Both the position numbers and the translations under genes were made by a program. From contig OZ024742.1 of NCBI GenBank assembly GCA_964016885.1, positions 199,826,001 through 199,890,000 on the forward strand: a stretch of 64,000 nucleotides of DNA, in the 5' to 3' direction. The stretch comes from Eledone cirrhosa (Eukaryota). Below the pieces are notes generated by a model. That model saw only the letters and a program-made list of their open reading frames with translations. It was not told the DNA's origin and made no database searches. Shown in pieces: positions 1 through 14,701 of the stretch (its first letter is position 1; each line of letters opens with the position of its first letter).

Positions 1-605
1 CGAATCCCGCCTCCTTCTGCCAGGAGTGGTAGGTGGCAGATAGTATCAGTAATGGAAAGACAAAAGAAAATATTGTTACTATAATCTGATCTGATCTGAA
101 AATCGGCTTCTTTCGGTTTTTTACCTATTCAAATAAATATTTTTGTGTTCATCTCATTTAGAAATCACAGTTCTTACTTTTGAACGGAAAGTCTCATTTC
201 GAAATAATTACTCTCAGTTTGAAGTGGCAACGACATGTAATCAGAGCCACTGAATATATCAATCACCCTTTGAATGAATTTAACGTCTCATTTTCAGATA
301 ATTAATTTCACTTTAAAATGACATGTATTCAAAATTACAGATGCTATTATATATTTCTCCCATGAGCTGAATTTTACATTTAAATTTGTAAATAATTAAT
401 CTCATTTTGAAGTGACAAAACCCCACATAGAAATGATATGTACTCAGAATTACAAACTCTGCTTTATATTCCCGCCGTTCTAATACTGGTGGCTTAGTTC
501 GGATCTAGCTGTCGAAACGGCCGGAGCTCAGCCATGGGGGGACTCTTTTCCAATACATACATATGTATATATATATATTTATATATATATACATATATAT
601 ATATA

Positions 606-639
<34 letters not shown>

Positions 640-668
640 ATATAATATAATATAATGTATATATATAT

Positions 669-825
669 ATAACGAATTAATGTGGTAAGGAACCAGGTGG
701 ACCATAACGCACCAAAGTACTCAATACTTAGGGTAGTAGAGTGGGTAATAGGAACGAGTAGAACCCCTGAGTCCAGAATTAGCCGTCGAAACGGCTTGAG
801 CTCAGCCGTCGGGGTCCTACTCGTT

Positions 826-828
<3 letters not shown>
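669..828. mobile_element. Fold-back remnant of PLE terminal repeat family A, in (TA)n
   Basis: Shares AGCCGTCGAAACGGCTTGAGCTCAGCCGTCGGGGT...GGTTCCTTACCACAT with copies near 505, 2209, 15940, 20638, 32773, 56640 and 58348. Minus-strand tail joined to a plus-strand piece; (TA)n on both sides. Confidence 0.75.
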
Positions 829-860
<32 letters not shown>

Positions 861-1047
861 TAATATAATATTATATATATATATGATTATATATATATAT
901 ATATCATAATATAATATTATATATATATATATGATTATATATATATATATATATCATAATATAATATTATATATATATATATGACTATATATATATAACA
1001 ATATAATATTATATATATATATATATATACACACATATATATATATA

Positions 1048-1096
<49 letters not shown>

Positions 1097-1153
1097 TAAT
1101 ATAATATTATATATATATATATGATTATATATATATAATAATATAATATTATA

Positions 1154-1190
<37 letters not shown>

Positions 1191-1284
1191 GTGTGTGTGT
1201 ATATATATATATATATTATAATATGATATAATATAATGTATATATATATATATATCATAATATAATAGTGTATATATATATATG

Positions 1285-1355
<71 letters not shown>

Positions 1356-1385
1356 TAATATAATATTATATATATATATATATAT

Positions 1386-1493
1386 AATCCCGCTGAGGTT
1401 AAGTTTGCTTTTCATCCTTACAGGGTCGATAAAATAAAGTACCAGTAATGCATTGGGGTAATTGTTGGCCTTCTGCCAAGAGTAGAAACAATT
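1386..1493 (+). mobile_element. tRNA-derived SINE, 5'-truncated
   Basis: Core TTTCATCCTTACAGGGTCGATAAAATAAAGTACCAG and tail GTAGAAACAATTA match the full copy at 23896. Confidence 0.8.
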
Positions 1494-1544
1494 ATATTTA
1501 TATATATGTATGCGTGTGTGTGTGTGTATGCATATATATATATA

Positions 1545-1576
<32 letters not shown>

Positions 1577-1955
1577 CATCCATTAACTTAATTTAACCAA
1601 CCAACAGGATGTTATATCTTCGTTGTTTATTTGTCTACCATGTTTTCTGGGTTTTTTCCCTCACTTTTACGACAACGTTGCAGTTTTGGCGGGAAGTTTA
1701 TCTCTGTGATGTAATATCAATTACTTCAGAATTGTAAGAGAAACCGGCATAAATTTGGCTTCTCTGCTGCTTGACCTGAATCGGTGGAATTTTAATAGAT
1801 ATGTGTTTTATTTCTTGTTTTTTTTTTTTGGTTTAATATTCATTTTCTTTTTCTTTTAATAATTGAATTCACAGCTATATTAGGCTGTGGTTTACTAGTT
1901 TTTGAAGGCAGATTTACACACAAATATATATACAAGTATACACACACATACACAT

Positions 1956-2008
<53 letters not shown>

Positions 2009-2133
2009 GATATACATATATGTACATATATATATATGTATATATATGTATATATATATGCCTATATATATATATGTATATATATATATATTTTTATGTA
2101 TATATACATATATACATACATAGATCCATACAT

Positions 2134-2208
<75 letters not shown>

Positions 2209-2211
<3 letters not shown>

Positions 2212-2400
2212 CGAAGGAAATGTGGTAAGGAACCAGGTGGACCATAACGCACCAAAGTACTCAATACTTAGGGTAGTAGAGTGGGTAATAGGAACAAGTA
2301 AGACCCCGACGGCTGAGCTCAAGCCGTTTCGACGGCTAATTCTGAACTCAGAATTAGCCGTCGAAACGGCTTGAGCTCAGCCGTCGGGGTGTTACTTGTT

Positions 2401-2403
<3 letters not shown>
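2209..2403. mobile_element. Family A PLE terminal-repeat fold-back in (TA)n
   Basis: Arms ~2288-2345 and ~2348-2403 are reverse complements; tail at 2209-2287. Confidence 0.8.
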
Positions 2404-2461
<58 letters not shown>

Positions 2462-2496
2462 GAGTGTGTATGTGTGTGTGTATATATATATACATA

Positions 2497-2533
<37 letters not shown>

Positions 2534-2786
2534 GTGGAAGCTTAGTAAAATCGAAGCTTTGGCTGTGGCCAAGCAAAGTCGACCTACAATAAGGAAGGAG
2601 TAGCAAAGCACTCAATAAGGGTAGGTCCTTAGAGTAATAACATTACGTTTAGATAGCTTGACAATTTGAAAATTGCGGTAGGCAAAACCCAACTATACAG
2701 TACCAAAACAACGAAAATACTAATCATGTATACATATATGTATGTATGTGTGTGACAATGTGTGTGTGTGTGTGTTTGTGTGTGTG

Positions 2787-2867
<81 letters not shown>

Positions 2868-3048
2868 GCGTACATCCCGTTTAGAATAAGTACACAGTAT
2901 CTCTGCTCGTAGAAAGAAGATCTAGAACAAGGAGGGGCATTCCGCTGTGAATCATTGCCTGAAAAGGGGTCACATGTCGAGCAGGAACCGTATCATTGTG
3001 TCAGTAAAGTTAAACACTGCTTTAAAAGGTGTAAATGTCCTTAAAACG

Positions 3049-3124
<76 letters not shown>

Positions 3125-3428
3125 CATATATAGCTTCGATAATTTGCGGCGGAAGCAGGGGAGTACGTGGCTCTCATGAACGCCAACCAGCGTGAAACAG
3201 ACTGTCATCTTCACTCCCTTCTTTCGCCGAAAAGAAGTGACATAATCACTACTTTAAAACTGATAGCGTATGGTCTTCTAAATGTTTTTAATTAAACATA
3301 CGGTATATTGCCAAATATACTTTACATACATTCATGTATACATCGCTCTTTCAGACCACCAATCCTAATACCTATATATATATATGGTGCGTGTGTTTCT
3401 TATTGGCAACATGACCCTCCCAAAGCAT

Positions 3429-3492
<64 letters not shown>

Positions 3493-3587
3493 TAAATACA
3501 CTTTATCAAGTAACCAGACAGCCCCTTGTTCTTTCTAATTTTGTTATTACTTTTTCGCTTTGACCTGTTCTTTCGCTTCATCTGCTT

Positions 3588-3752
3588 GTTGGCAGTATCA
3601 GTAGGGGCACGGACGCATGCTTTGTAGCATAGAGTTGTGATCTGAGTTCAAATCCCGCCGAGGTTAATTTTGCCTTTCATCCTTACGGGGTCGATAAAAT
3701 AAAGTACCAGTAATGCACTGGGATAATTGCTGGCCTTATAGAAGCAATTATT
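3588..3752 (+). mobile_element. tRNA-derived SINE
   Basis: B-box-like GAGTTCAAATCCC plus the same core as 23896-24083. Confidence 0.8.
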
Positions 3753-4059
3753 AACTCTTTCACTTTTATTTCTTTCCCTTTCTTTCTCCCCTTTTATCTC
3801 CCTTTCTCTCTCTCTCCCTTTCTGTCTCTCTCTCTCACTCACTCTCTCTCTCTCTCCCTTCTACCACTCACTTATACTCTCTTTTTCTCTACTCCCTTAC
3901 AACCCTTTTCTCGCGTCTCTGCCTCTTTTCGCTTACTCCCGCCGAGGTTAGACTTGTTTTTCTTCGCTCTCCCTATCTTGCTGTCAATAAGGCTTCGTTC
4001 TTATGTCGAGCCACCGGTTTGACTTCTCTCCTTCTCTCGCTCTCCTCTCTCTCGCTCTC

Positions 4060-4159
<100 letters not shown>

Positions 4160-4388
4160 GGTTACTTACATACCTGTGCTTCTCCTCGTGTCCCCACTCC
4201 TCTATCGGTATGTTTTCAGCGGTTTTTTTCTCTTTTTGCCCCTTCTGTTTAATTTATTCTTTTCCTTCCCCAATAACTTACAAAAGTTATTGACGCACTG
4301 GTGATAGACATGTTGTCTTTAATGCGTTGAAACGCCCGAGACCCCAGCAGGCAACTGAAGAGGGAATCTGTCCTTTGTTTGTGCTTTC

Positions 4389-4470
<82 letters not shown>

Positions 4471-4663
4471 TGTGTATGTGTGTGTGTGCGTGTGTGCGTG
4501 TGTGTAAATATAAATGTTCTTGTTAATCTGGATTAAGTAAATATTTAAACTCTACTTCGATATTGAGTACTCTTATCTCACGACCGTCAACTACAAACGG
4601 ATACACCCTCCCCCCACACACAGACATACACCCCCCCACATATATATATATATATATAGCTAA

Positions 4664-6852
4664 GATGCTCCCAATAGGCGGTATGCCGGTTGAGCACGAG
4701 TGTGAGTGAGAGCTGACAAACAGCAGTAATTTTGCCGACTGGACAGGGGGTGAGTGACAGATCACGCCCTGACGGTCAGCGGGTTGCTACCAGTGGTCAG
4801 AATAATGATGACGTCACTAACCAGTGACCAACACAAGGATGCGCAAAGCGGATGGAGGTGGACCATATAGACCTGTAGGGTAAGAAACCCCAGAAAGAGG
4901 ATATGCTCCGAAATCAATAGACGTGTCCGAAGAACCACACAGAAAGATGGAACGGGTGGACCAGGGCCATAAGGACCCCCGAAAACCATAATGAACTAAA
5001 GAAAATGATTGCACATGCTGTGGGGGCCAGTATAAAACTAACCCTTAAGGAACATATGTTCAAATTTAATAGAAAAATATATGCCCAAGATGAGGTAGCA
5101 GCCATTGGCGTTAGCATTGCAGGCGACATAGCTAACCTATTTGTGGTATGGTGGGAAAAAAAAATTAAAGAACAATTAGAAGACAACAATCTCTTAACCC
5201 TGATTATGTACTCCCGCTACGTTGATGATATAAACTTCGTAGTAAAAACACCCCCACTAGAGAACAGTCATAAATTAGAGAAAAACACCATGGAAAGCAT
5301 CCAGCAAATAGCTAACTCCATCCACCAGAGTATCAAAGTTATTATAGACTACCCAAGCAAACACCCCAACTATCGATTACCTGTACTAGACACAGAGCTC
5401 TAGTTAGAAACCATTAATAACAAAAAACAAAACTTCCATTCCCATTATGCCAAACCCATGACTTCCAAATACCTGATCCACCGAAACTCAGCTGTTTCGG
5501 ATCACACAAAAATCACCATACTGATTGCGGATTTAGTACGGGTGATGAGAAACGTGTCCCGCATGTGCAACCCCAAAGAATTAGAGAGACACATACAATA
5601 CTTTATCCACCGTATACAGTTCTCTGGCTACAAGCAGAGAGACAAAATCAGAGTATATAGAGGAGCCAGGGCCAAATGGGAAAAAATTGTAGATAATGAT
5701 ACAATGGGACCTGCCCCTTGTATAGGAGCAAATTTTGGAATAGAATAGAAAGAACTAGGAATAAGGCTAATAAAATAAACTCATGGTATGATAGCAATAA
5801 ATACCAGAGTGTAATGTTCATCAATACAAACCCTAGAGGTGAACTAGCTTACAAATTTAGAAGGGCCCTAGATAAACTTAAACTAAATATTAAGATAGTG
5901 AAAAGACCAGGTACCTCCATAAAAACACTAATTAGTAATACATACCCTTTTCAAAGACCTCTCTGTATAGATAGGAAATGCATAATAGGTAAGCTAAGCC
6001 CCCATATTAACTGTAAATCTAGAAACATAGTATATAGCATAAGATGTACTGAGGGACAATGTAAAAATAAGAATATAATGTACATAGGTGAGACAGCTCG
6101 TAGCATAGGAGAACGATTAAATGAACACTGGCGAGAACTCCAAGGTAGAAAAGACTCATCAATACTCCACCAACATGCTAAAATAGAACATAAGGACAAA
6201 TTAGAAAACATAGAGATAAAAATTGAATATAGACACAGAAAAGACGCAATGTTTAGACAAATCACAAAGGCAATAAACATGAACGAACTCCAACCAAAAT
6301 TAAATAGAAAACATGAATGGAATAGCAACATCACAACTTCTAATTAAGGACAAAATGAAAACATACAGATACACACACAAAAAAAGCTTATATATATGTA
6401 TGCATGTATATATGTATATGTATCACACACACATAGAACAAACAACCAACTAGTGACATGTAAATAAACAAATAAATAAACAAATAAAAACACACACAGA
6501 CACCCGGATGTAACACATGCGCAAACTAAGCACACAACACACAAAAACAAGATGGCGTAGGACAAAACAAAGGAGAGGCACACAATAAAAATAAAGAAAA
6601 GTATCCCCAGTCACTGAAAAGGTCACAGAATGTGTGACGAAAGAACTTTGACAATATGTGAACAACCATCCGGTTATAGAACCAACCAACCAACCGGAAA
6701 TTTATAATAAATTGAAGTGAAAACAACTGGTGTGAGTGTTTCTTATTGGTTTCTTATTGGCAACATGACCCTCCGAAAGTATAATAATATCGGTTTCAAC
6801 AAACGTTTTCAGATAAGGAATCTTGCTAAACAAATTCAAAAACGAAATTTCG
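4664..6852 (+). mobile_element. Penelope-like element (family B), 5'-truncated, with 3' pseudo-LTR
   Basis: RT and GIY-YIG remnants followed by a ~500-bp terminal repeat that recurs at 8876, 16430, 21940 and 27806; starts next to (TA)n. Confidence 0.85.
4760..6347 (+). pseudogene. PLE reverse transcriptase + GIY-YIG endonuclease (stops and frameshifts)
   Basis: AIGVSIAGDIANLF, YSRYVDD, LPVLD, thumb YAKPM..LIHRNSA, then NIVYSIRC...YIGETARSIGERLNEH. Confidence 0.9.
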
Positions 6853-9340
6853 TAAGCCTTAGCCAGGCTAACAAGATACTGAAAAGCACCATGTTCTGTT
6901 GTCTAAGGATACAATAACATCTCGACAATTACACTTCATAAAAGAATGTGCCTCGTCCCGAGTTTACACCAACACCATCAACACCGATGTAAGAAGATTA
7001 CAACTTACCAAAAAACAAGCAGATAGGCTAAAACGAACACTAATTTTAAACATAAAAAAAATTTACAGAAAATTAAGGCAACAAGAAAAACAAAAAGTAG
7101 CCTAATACAAGAAATAACTAAGATCACCACACCAAGAGAAAAATTAGAATACATAAACATTATACACGAAGAAGAAAAATACATTATCCAGGAATGCAAC
7201 AAACACTTTAACAACAAATTAATGTGGCTCAAACAGAAAAAAAAACTAAAACTAAATCAAGAAACTCCAGAGAATAGAGATAAATATCCAGATAGGATTG
7301 ATGGTATAAACATGGCCGACGTCCCATTAACGGACGAATTCAACAACAACAACACAAATATATACGGCAACACTACAGTGGACTCTGATGAATTGTCCAT
7401 TCTATAGCTACAACCTAAATATGCAACATATAGTAAGGTAAATATGATAAGATGCTTGTCAGAAATAGAAAAATCATATACAAAAATACGTTGGAGCCTC
7501 AAAAACAACACAAAAACACAAACAAAAATAACAACACGAACAACACAGGCACACACACGCACAACACACATCCCAACAACAACAGACACACAGAAACAAA
7601 CAACGATAACAACAACAACACACACACAGCAGTAATAACAACATAGACAGAGACAACAACAATAACAACAACAACACACATCAACAATAACAACTACACA
7701 GATAAATAACAACAACACACACATCCTATTCCTCCCACTACCACCACCACGACAATCTTAACAACAGACACACAGACACAGAAAACAGATAATGACAGTA
7801 ACACAGAGGTGAGGGACTGTAATAACAATGAGAGAGGTAGAAAGGCTAATGACAATGACAGGGGAGATAACCAGGACGAACACACAGACACACAAAATAG
7901 ATTAGATAATAACAATGTGTAGGAGGGAAGGGACAGGAGTAACAATGAGAGATATAGAAGCAGCCATGAGGCTGTTCGTAGAAATGGAAACAACAACACA
8001 ACTAACAATAGCAATAAAACATACAACACAAAGTGGAGTTCCACTTTCTATGACCCATCTGATATGTCCTTCGACTTGCGACAAGTCCACGCCACGACTT
8101 TAGCTTTTAACAAACGCACGCAATTGCCGTCGCAAGTTGATGAACAAACACAAGCACAATTTACTATAGCTAGATCTAAACTTAGAAAAATTATAGAACA
8201 GTATATCAAGAAACAGAATAGAATGGAGGCCCAGCAACTGGGAGAAAAATCCGCAAATGGCTTGCGTAAGCTCATGCAGCGCTCACGTAAAGGAGAGATT
8301 GCATGCTTTCCAACAGACAAATCTGGCAAAATGTCGGTTGACAGTCTGTCAAACTACATCCAGGCAATGCAACCTCACATCACCAACACAAGAGAGGTAA
8401 CACCATAAGAGCATGAGGATAGGGAGAAAACCCTCAACACTCATATGACGATGTAGACCAACATAATGCAGCCCAATAAACGGACTGCCAACAACTTCCA
8501 GGCCTGGAACAATGACCCAGTCACAGGACCACCAACACGGCAAGTCTGTGGAGCTAACATTGCTAGCAACTACAGGCTTTCCTACTTCCTCTCCCTGATC
8601 GTACACCCTATCATCGAAATGTCCCTAAATATATGTGACAGCATGGAGGACCTCTTCAGCAGAATCAACGAAAGTAACCTGTCTAGGGATCTAACAGATT
8701 GTATAATAGGTAGTATGGATGTAGTGTCCCTATACCCATCCATTGGCGTAGATTTTGCTGTGGAGAAATGCGTGGACATGATCAGTGAGAGCGATGTTGA
8801 ATTCCGTGGGATTGATACCAGTGAGCTGGGACTCCTACTTAAACTTACATACAATAAAGAATACCTAGATACATATGACAAAAAAAATGCTTATATATGT
8901 ATGTATGCATGTATATATGTATATGTTTCACACACACATAGAACAAACAACCAACTAGTGACATGTAAATAAACAAATAAAAACACACACAGACACCCGG
9001 ATGTAACACATGCGCAAACTAAGCACACAACACACTCAAAAACAAGATGGCGTAGGACAGAACAAAGGAGAGGCACAAAATAAAAAAAAAGAAAAGAATC
9101 CCAGACACTGAAGAGGTTACATAATGTGTGACGAAAGAACTTTGACAATATGTGAACAACCATCCGGTTATAGAATCAACCAACCAACCAGAAATTTATA
9201 ATAAATTGAAGTGAAAACAACTGGTGCGGGTGTTTCTTATTGGTTTCTAATTGGCAACATGACCTTCCGAAAGTATAACAATATCGGTTTCAACACACGT
9301 TTTTAGATGAGGAATCTTGCTAAACAAATTCAAAAACGAA

Positions 9341-9342
<2 letters not shown>
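6853..9342 (+). mobile_element. Second tandem family B PLE unit: N-terminal ORF/RT start, internal deletion, 3' pseudo-LTR
   Basis: FPTDKSGK, PPTRQVCGA and IGSMDVVSLYPSI (8300-8880) fuse directly to the terminal repeat 8876-9342, which duplicates ~6375-6850; ends in (TA)n. Confidence 0.8.
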
Positions 9343-9415
<73 letters not shown>

Positions 9416-9649
9416 GTGTTGTGTTGCTTTTTGTTTGTGATTCTTGTATGTGTTTACGTTTTGTAGTAGGTGTTTTGTTTTCAGGGGATGGGGGGGGGGG
9501 GGGTTCTGTTTGCGTCGCTTGTGTTGGTGTTTGTGCGTTTGTTGCATTTTTGTTTGTGTTATATCTTTTCTTTTTTCTATCTATCTTTTTTTATCTATCT
9601 ATCTATCTGTCTATCTATCTATCTATTTATATATCTATCTATCTATCTT

Positions 9650-9689
<40 letters not shown>

Positions 9690-9696
9690 ATCTATC

Positions 9697-10130
9697 TAAA
9701 GGCCTCGGAAATCGGGGCGATCGGCACCTTACTGGAGGAGTACGAAAGGTTTACAGGGGCTAAGCTGAACCGGGACAAGTCGATCGGTCTGCAACTCGGC
9801 ACGTGGAGGGGCAGATCGTTGCCCTCCGATGGCGTCGTCGGGCGCTGGACGGAGGGCCCGGTGAAGTTGCTCGGGGTCTGGTTCGGACCAGACCTCCAGG
9901 TGGAGAAGAACTGGGGTGAGGTAACGAACAGGGTGTTTGCACTGACGCAGAAGTGGGCCGAGTGCAAACTATCCCTGAAAGGTCGGGCGGAGTTGGCGAA
10001 CGCTTACATAGCGTCCGTCATCTATTACCGCTTGGCTGTCGTGCCTTGCCCGGGTTAGATCCTCGCCAAAATGGAGCGCGCTCTCTTTCACTTCCTTCGG
10101 AAGAAGAGGTCTCCCCTGGTGAGGAGATAC
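9697..10130 (+). pseudogene. L1/Tx1-type ORF2 RT fragment
   Basis: GAKLNRDKSIGLQLGTW...VKLLGVWFG...LSLKGRAELAN, paralogous to 12812-13190. Confidence 0.85.
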
Positions 10131-13100
10131 ATCTGAAACAAAACACTAATGGAGACCATCACGAACGACCCTTCGGTGAAAACCGAAGGGAAAACTTTCG
10201 CCCACTCTATTAAAAATAACAAAAAATTGAACCTAAAACTGATTAGAGTCCCTATACAAACTTATAGGTCCCTAAAAGAAACATTTGAGAAGGATGTGGG
10301 GAATTCCTGCGTGAAACCACTTAACCGCGTCCTTCTCAAATGTCTCCCCACCCCAGACACCCCCATCCCACCAGACCCCCACCCCACCAAACATCTCCGT
10401 CCCCACCCCGCCGGAAACCACCACCCATCCAGACAACCCCTCCAACACCCCCATGGAAATCGTGCGGCCTGGTCCCCAGGAGACGAAGGGTGAGTGATCT
10501 CTTTTCCTCTTTTAACTTTTCAGCACCAACATGGCCAATATAAGAGTTGGATGTGTGAACGTACGCGGCCTGGGGATGCCCTGGAAACAGGGCAAACTCT
10601 TAAACGACCTCAGGTCGCACAGTATGGATGTGGTAGCCATTTGCGAGTCCAGGATCCACAGCGAGCGACAGCTGGCCCCCATCTTCGATGACTTTGAGAT
10701 CTACGCATCTCGCTGTCAACCGAGGGGTGGGGGCGGAGTTGCCGTTTTGCTGCGGAAACACCTGGGCCTCGTAACACAGACGGTACATCTGGACCCGGAG
10801 TGACGGTAGTGAAGGTGGAGCCTTCAGGCTGGTGGCCGCATATGCCCCATCCGGGACACCGCGGCCAGACCTCTTCAAACGTCTAGAGACTTTTCTGGGA
10901 ACGTCCCGCTCCTTGCTTTTAGTGGGGGACTAGAATGGAATCCTAGATGCACGTTGGGACTATGTGGGAGCATGTCCCGATAAAGGGGGATGTAACAGCC
11001 TGAAACAGTTAATCGACCGATTTGACCTGGCCGATAGATATCGACTAGATTTTCCGACTGTGCCACTGTGGACGTGGAGTAATCGTAGTAGAACATCTAG
11101 ATCGTACCTAGATAGGGTTCTAGTTAGAAATAAGGATAGGGACATGTGGGAGCATGTCCCGATAAAGGGGGGTGTAACAGCCTCAAACAGTTAATCGACC
11201 GATTTGACCTGGCCGATAGATATCGACTAGATTTTCCGACTGTGCCACTGTGGATGTGGAGTAATCGTAGTGGAACATCTAGATCGTACCTAGATAGGGT
11301 TCTAGTTAGAAATAAGGATAGGGACATGTTAAGCTGTCCACAAATGTTCATGGTTGCCTATTCAGATCACAAACTAGTAACCTGCATGGCCAACCTTGAT
11401 AGAACTCATAGGCAAGGACCCGGCTACTGGAAGCTGAACTTGTCGTTACCGACAAGCAAAGCCTACAGTAGACGGATTAGCACTTTAGTTAAACAGCACT
11501 TGACAGGGGCCATTGTCAACAACAGATGGTGGTACTCTCTCAAGAGGGCAGTTAAATTAGACTCGTTAGTTTTTAGTAAAGAATTAGCGTTAGATAGAAA
11601 TAGAACCGAGAAGGAACTGGTAGATAAAGTAGAAGAGGCAATTAGAAGTGGCAACGTAGCCAGCGTGCTAGCAACGAGAACGGCCTTGGACCAGTTCTTC
11701 GACGCAAAGCACGAGGGCTGCGTTGTCAAGCAAAATACGTGCTCTGGGAAACGAGGGAGCCAAATCTGTTAGCTGGGCCCGAGTGACGGAGGCAAAAACT
11801 GGCAACAAGTCCACGATTCGGGCTTTGAAGGACGAAAACGGACGCGTGATACGTGAGCCGAAGCAGATATGTGCGGCCTTTCAGCGGCACTTTGCTCAAC
11901 TGTTCGGGCCGGGCGGCGCGCCGAGAGGGGCTATGGATTTCGGTAGAGGGGCTATGGATTTCGATACCTCGACGGCCTACGGCGACTCTCGGACAGCGAG
12001 GCAAAGTTCTGTGAAAAGCCGATTTCAGCCGCTGAGATAGGGGACGCGCTGAGCCAATGCAGCAAACGCAAATCTCCAGGTCTCGACGGTCTACTCTACG
12101 AATTTTACGTAGCAATGCCGGACTTATTCTCCGGTCTCCTGGAAGCGGTCTACTGCAACTGGTAACAGAACGGGAGAATACCCAGTTCTGTAACCGGGGG
12201 CGTAGTCACAGTAATCAGGAAGGACGAGAATAAGGTGGATGACATAGGCAACTTCCGGCCCATAACTTTGCTAAACACAGTTACAGATTTTGGCCAAGGT
12301 GTTGGCAAAGAGGCTGGCGCTTGTCGTCGAGAACCTGGTGGGAGAAGCGCAGACATGCGCAATCCCGACGAGGTCCATACACGACAACCTCCACCTCATG
12401 CGATACATCATAGAGAGGGTAGGGTGTAAACCCGGCTTTGGTGGGGCCCTGATCAACTTGGATCAGTCTAAGGCTTTCGATGGGGTTGACCATCGTTACC
12501 TGGATGCGGTGCTCGAGGCGGCAGGCTTCGGACCCGTGTTCAGGGGCTGGATTGCTGCAATGCACAACAGCAATATCTGCTCAAGGGTCAAGGTGAACGG
12601 CTACCTCTCGGAGCCGTTCCATATTACGCGATCCATTCGACAGGGATGCCCTCTCTCCTCCCTTCTGTACGTACTGACTCACGAGCTACTACTGCGGAAG
12701 TTGGAGCTATTGCAGGCCATCCCTCTGGAACCGGGACTGCGGAAAGCCGCGTCGGCCTACGCCGACGACATGACAGTAATGGTGTCGAGCGCCTCGCAAA
12801 TCGAGGAAGTTTCACAGGAGCGAAGATGAACCGGGACAAGTCCATCGGTTTGCAACTCGGATCGTGGAGAAGCAAACCGATGCCTTCCGATGGCGTCGTC
12901 GGACGCTGGACGGAAGTACCGCTAAAGCTGCTCGGGGTCTGGTTTGGTCCGGACCCCCAGGTGGAGAAGAACTGGAACGAAGTGACGGCCAAGGTGTTTG
13001 CACTCACCCAGAAGTGGGCCGAGTGCAAACTATCCTTGAAAGGTCGAGCGGAGGTAGCGAACACTTTTATAGCGTCCGCCATCTACTACCGCTTGACCGT

Positions 13101-14346
13101 CGTGCCTTGTCCAGCCAAAACGCTCGCCAAAATGGAACGCGCGCTCTTCCAATTCCTTTGGAAGAGGCGGGCTCCTTTGGTGAGAAGATCCATTTTCTGC
13201 CAACACCCTTCTAACGGAGGGCTGGGGATGCCGTGGTTGACGATGCGCAAACACGCGCTCAGGCTGCGGCATCTCTACGTATTCCTCACCGGACAACCGG
13301 TGTGGGCCCCGTTCGTGAGGCGAGCCTTCCCACGACTCGTCTCGCTGACCGAGCTGCAGTCCTGGGTCAAGCAAAGACCGAGGAAAATGGGCGACTGGCA
13401 CATCGAGTGTGCTCAGGCGCTCACTGCCCTCTGGCAGGCGGACCCGGCGATCAGTGGAGACTCCACTTCGTTATTCTATAGAGGGTTGATCCGCAGCAAG
13501 TGCGACGACGCGCTCGGTGAAACTCTAGGCGTAGAGGAAGATGAACTGGCCAGTCTGTTCGGTAGGACCTTCCGCCCGGGACCGATGGACAACTTCCAAA
13601 AGTCCCTGGCCTGGCAGTGCTACGGAGGAGCTCTACCAGTTCGGGACAAGCTCTACAGACATGGGCGCCCGGGCAGGGACCCTGCAAAAAAGATCTGTCC
13701 GAGGTGCGTGCGAGACGAAGAAACCGTCGCGCACGCATTCATACACTGCCCGGGCGTCACTGACTTGTGGGGCTATGTCGAACGACTATTGTCGCAGGTG
13801 GGACCAATCCGGTTGACCACCGAGTCCATTGTCATGATCAAACCGTCACCCTCCTTCAAAAACGAAGGAGAGGCGGTTTTCCTTTGTGTGATAGCTATGG
13901 CAAAAGAGGTTGTATGGTGGACAAGGTTGAAAGGGCTGAGGTCAGACACCTTTTTCTCCGGCCAACAACTGATTCTTTTTTTCAAATACCACTTTGGAAG
14001 AAGAATCAGGATGGAGAGAGAGGTGCTGTACCCCAGCAAGTTTTATGAAAGGTGGGTGAAAGTGGCGAGAATGGCCCGAGTGAATGCGCCTTCTCTCTAT
14101 ATCAGCCTGTAGGTTGAGGAAAAGGAGGAGGAGAGGAAAGGAGTACAAACTCTTCGTACTCCTGGAGATGAGGGTTGCACATTTTTTCGGGGGTATGTGT
14201 TACCCATATAAACTGTCTCCCCCTATTGGGGAAAATCGACTAACTTTCTAAATTGCATTTGTGATAACATTTTACACGTTTTTATTGTATGTAAACTTCC
14301 CCCTTTGTATTTGTCCCCTTCTTTTGTGCCCCTGTGGCTAATAAAG

Positions 14347-14349
<3 letters not shown>
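10131..14349 (+). mobile_element. L1/Tx1-clade LINE (ORF1 3' remnant + disrupted ORF2)
   Basis: APE, RT and zf-RVT domains in order; 3' UTR ends AATAAAG then (TA)n. Confidence 0.9.
10531..14112 (+). pseudogene. ORF2: APE endonuclease, RT, zf-RVT (several frameshifts and stops)
   Basis: NVRGL, SYLDRV, SDH, GPGYWKLN; SPGLDG, FRPITLLN, LDQSKAFD, RQGCPLS, AYADD; CPRC..ETVAHAFIHC. Confidence 0.92.
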
Positions 14350-14425
<76 letters not shown>

Positions 14426-14701
14426 TACATATATAAATATATATATCAGTATATATGTATGTGTATGCACACATACACATACTTGCACACAAACACGCAT
14501 GCATATATATATACATATATATTTGTTTGTGTTTCTGTTAAGTAATATAATTTTCAAGAAATAATATATGAATACAAACATACTGTACACACACAAACAT
14601 ACATACATACATACATACATACATACATACATACATACATACATACATACATACATACATACATGCGTACATTAATATTTCGACATGTATATATATATAT
14701 A

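Noticed and set aside
190-470. Loose repeats of TCTCATTTT(G/C)A
   Set aside because: Too degenerate to define a unit or a function.
1660-1740. Minus-strand HHR-like CTGAAGT...GCAACGTTGTC
   Set aside because: Both core boxes deviate and stem II is absent.
4760-8880. Selenocysteine or read-through recoding of the PLE ORF
   Set aside because: Interruptions are mixed stop codons and frameshifts, consistent with decay; the domain order is RT then endonuclease, not Naiad-like.
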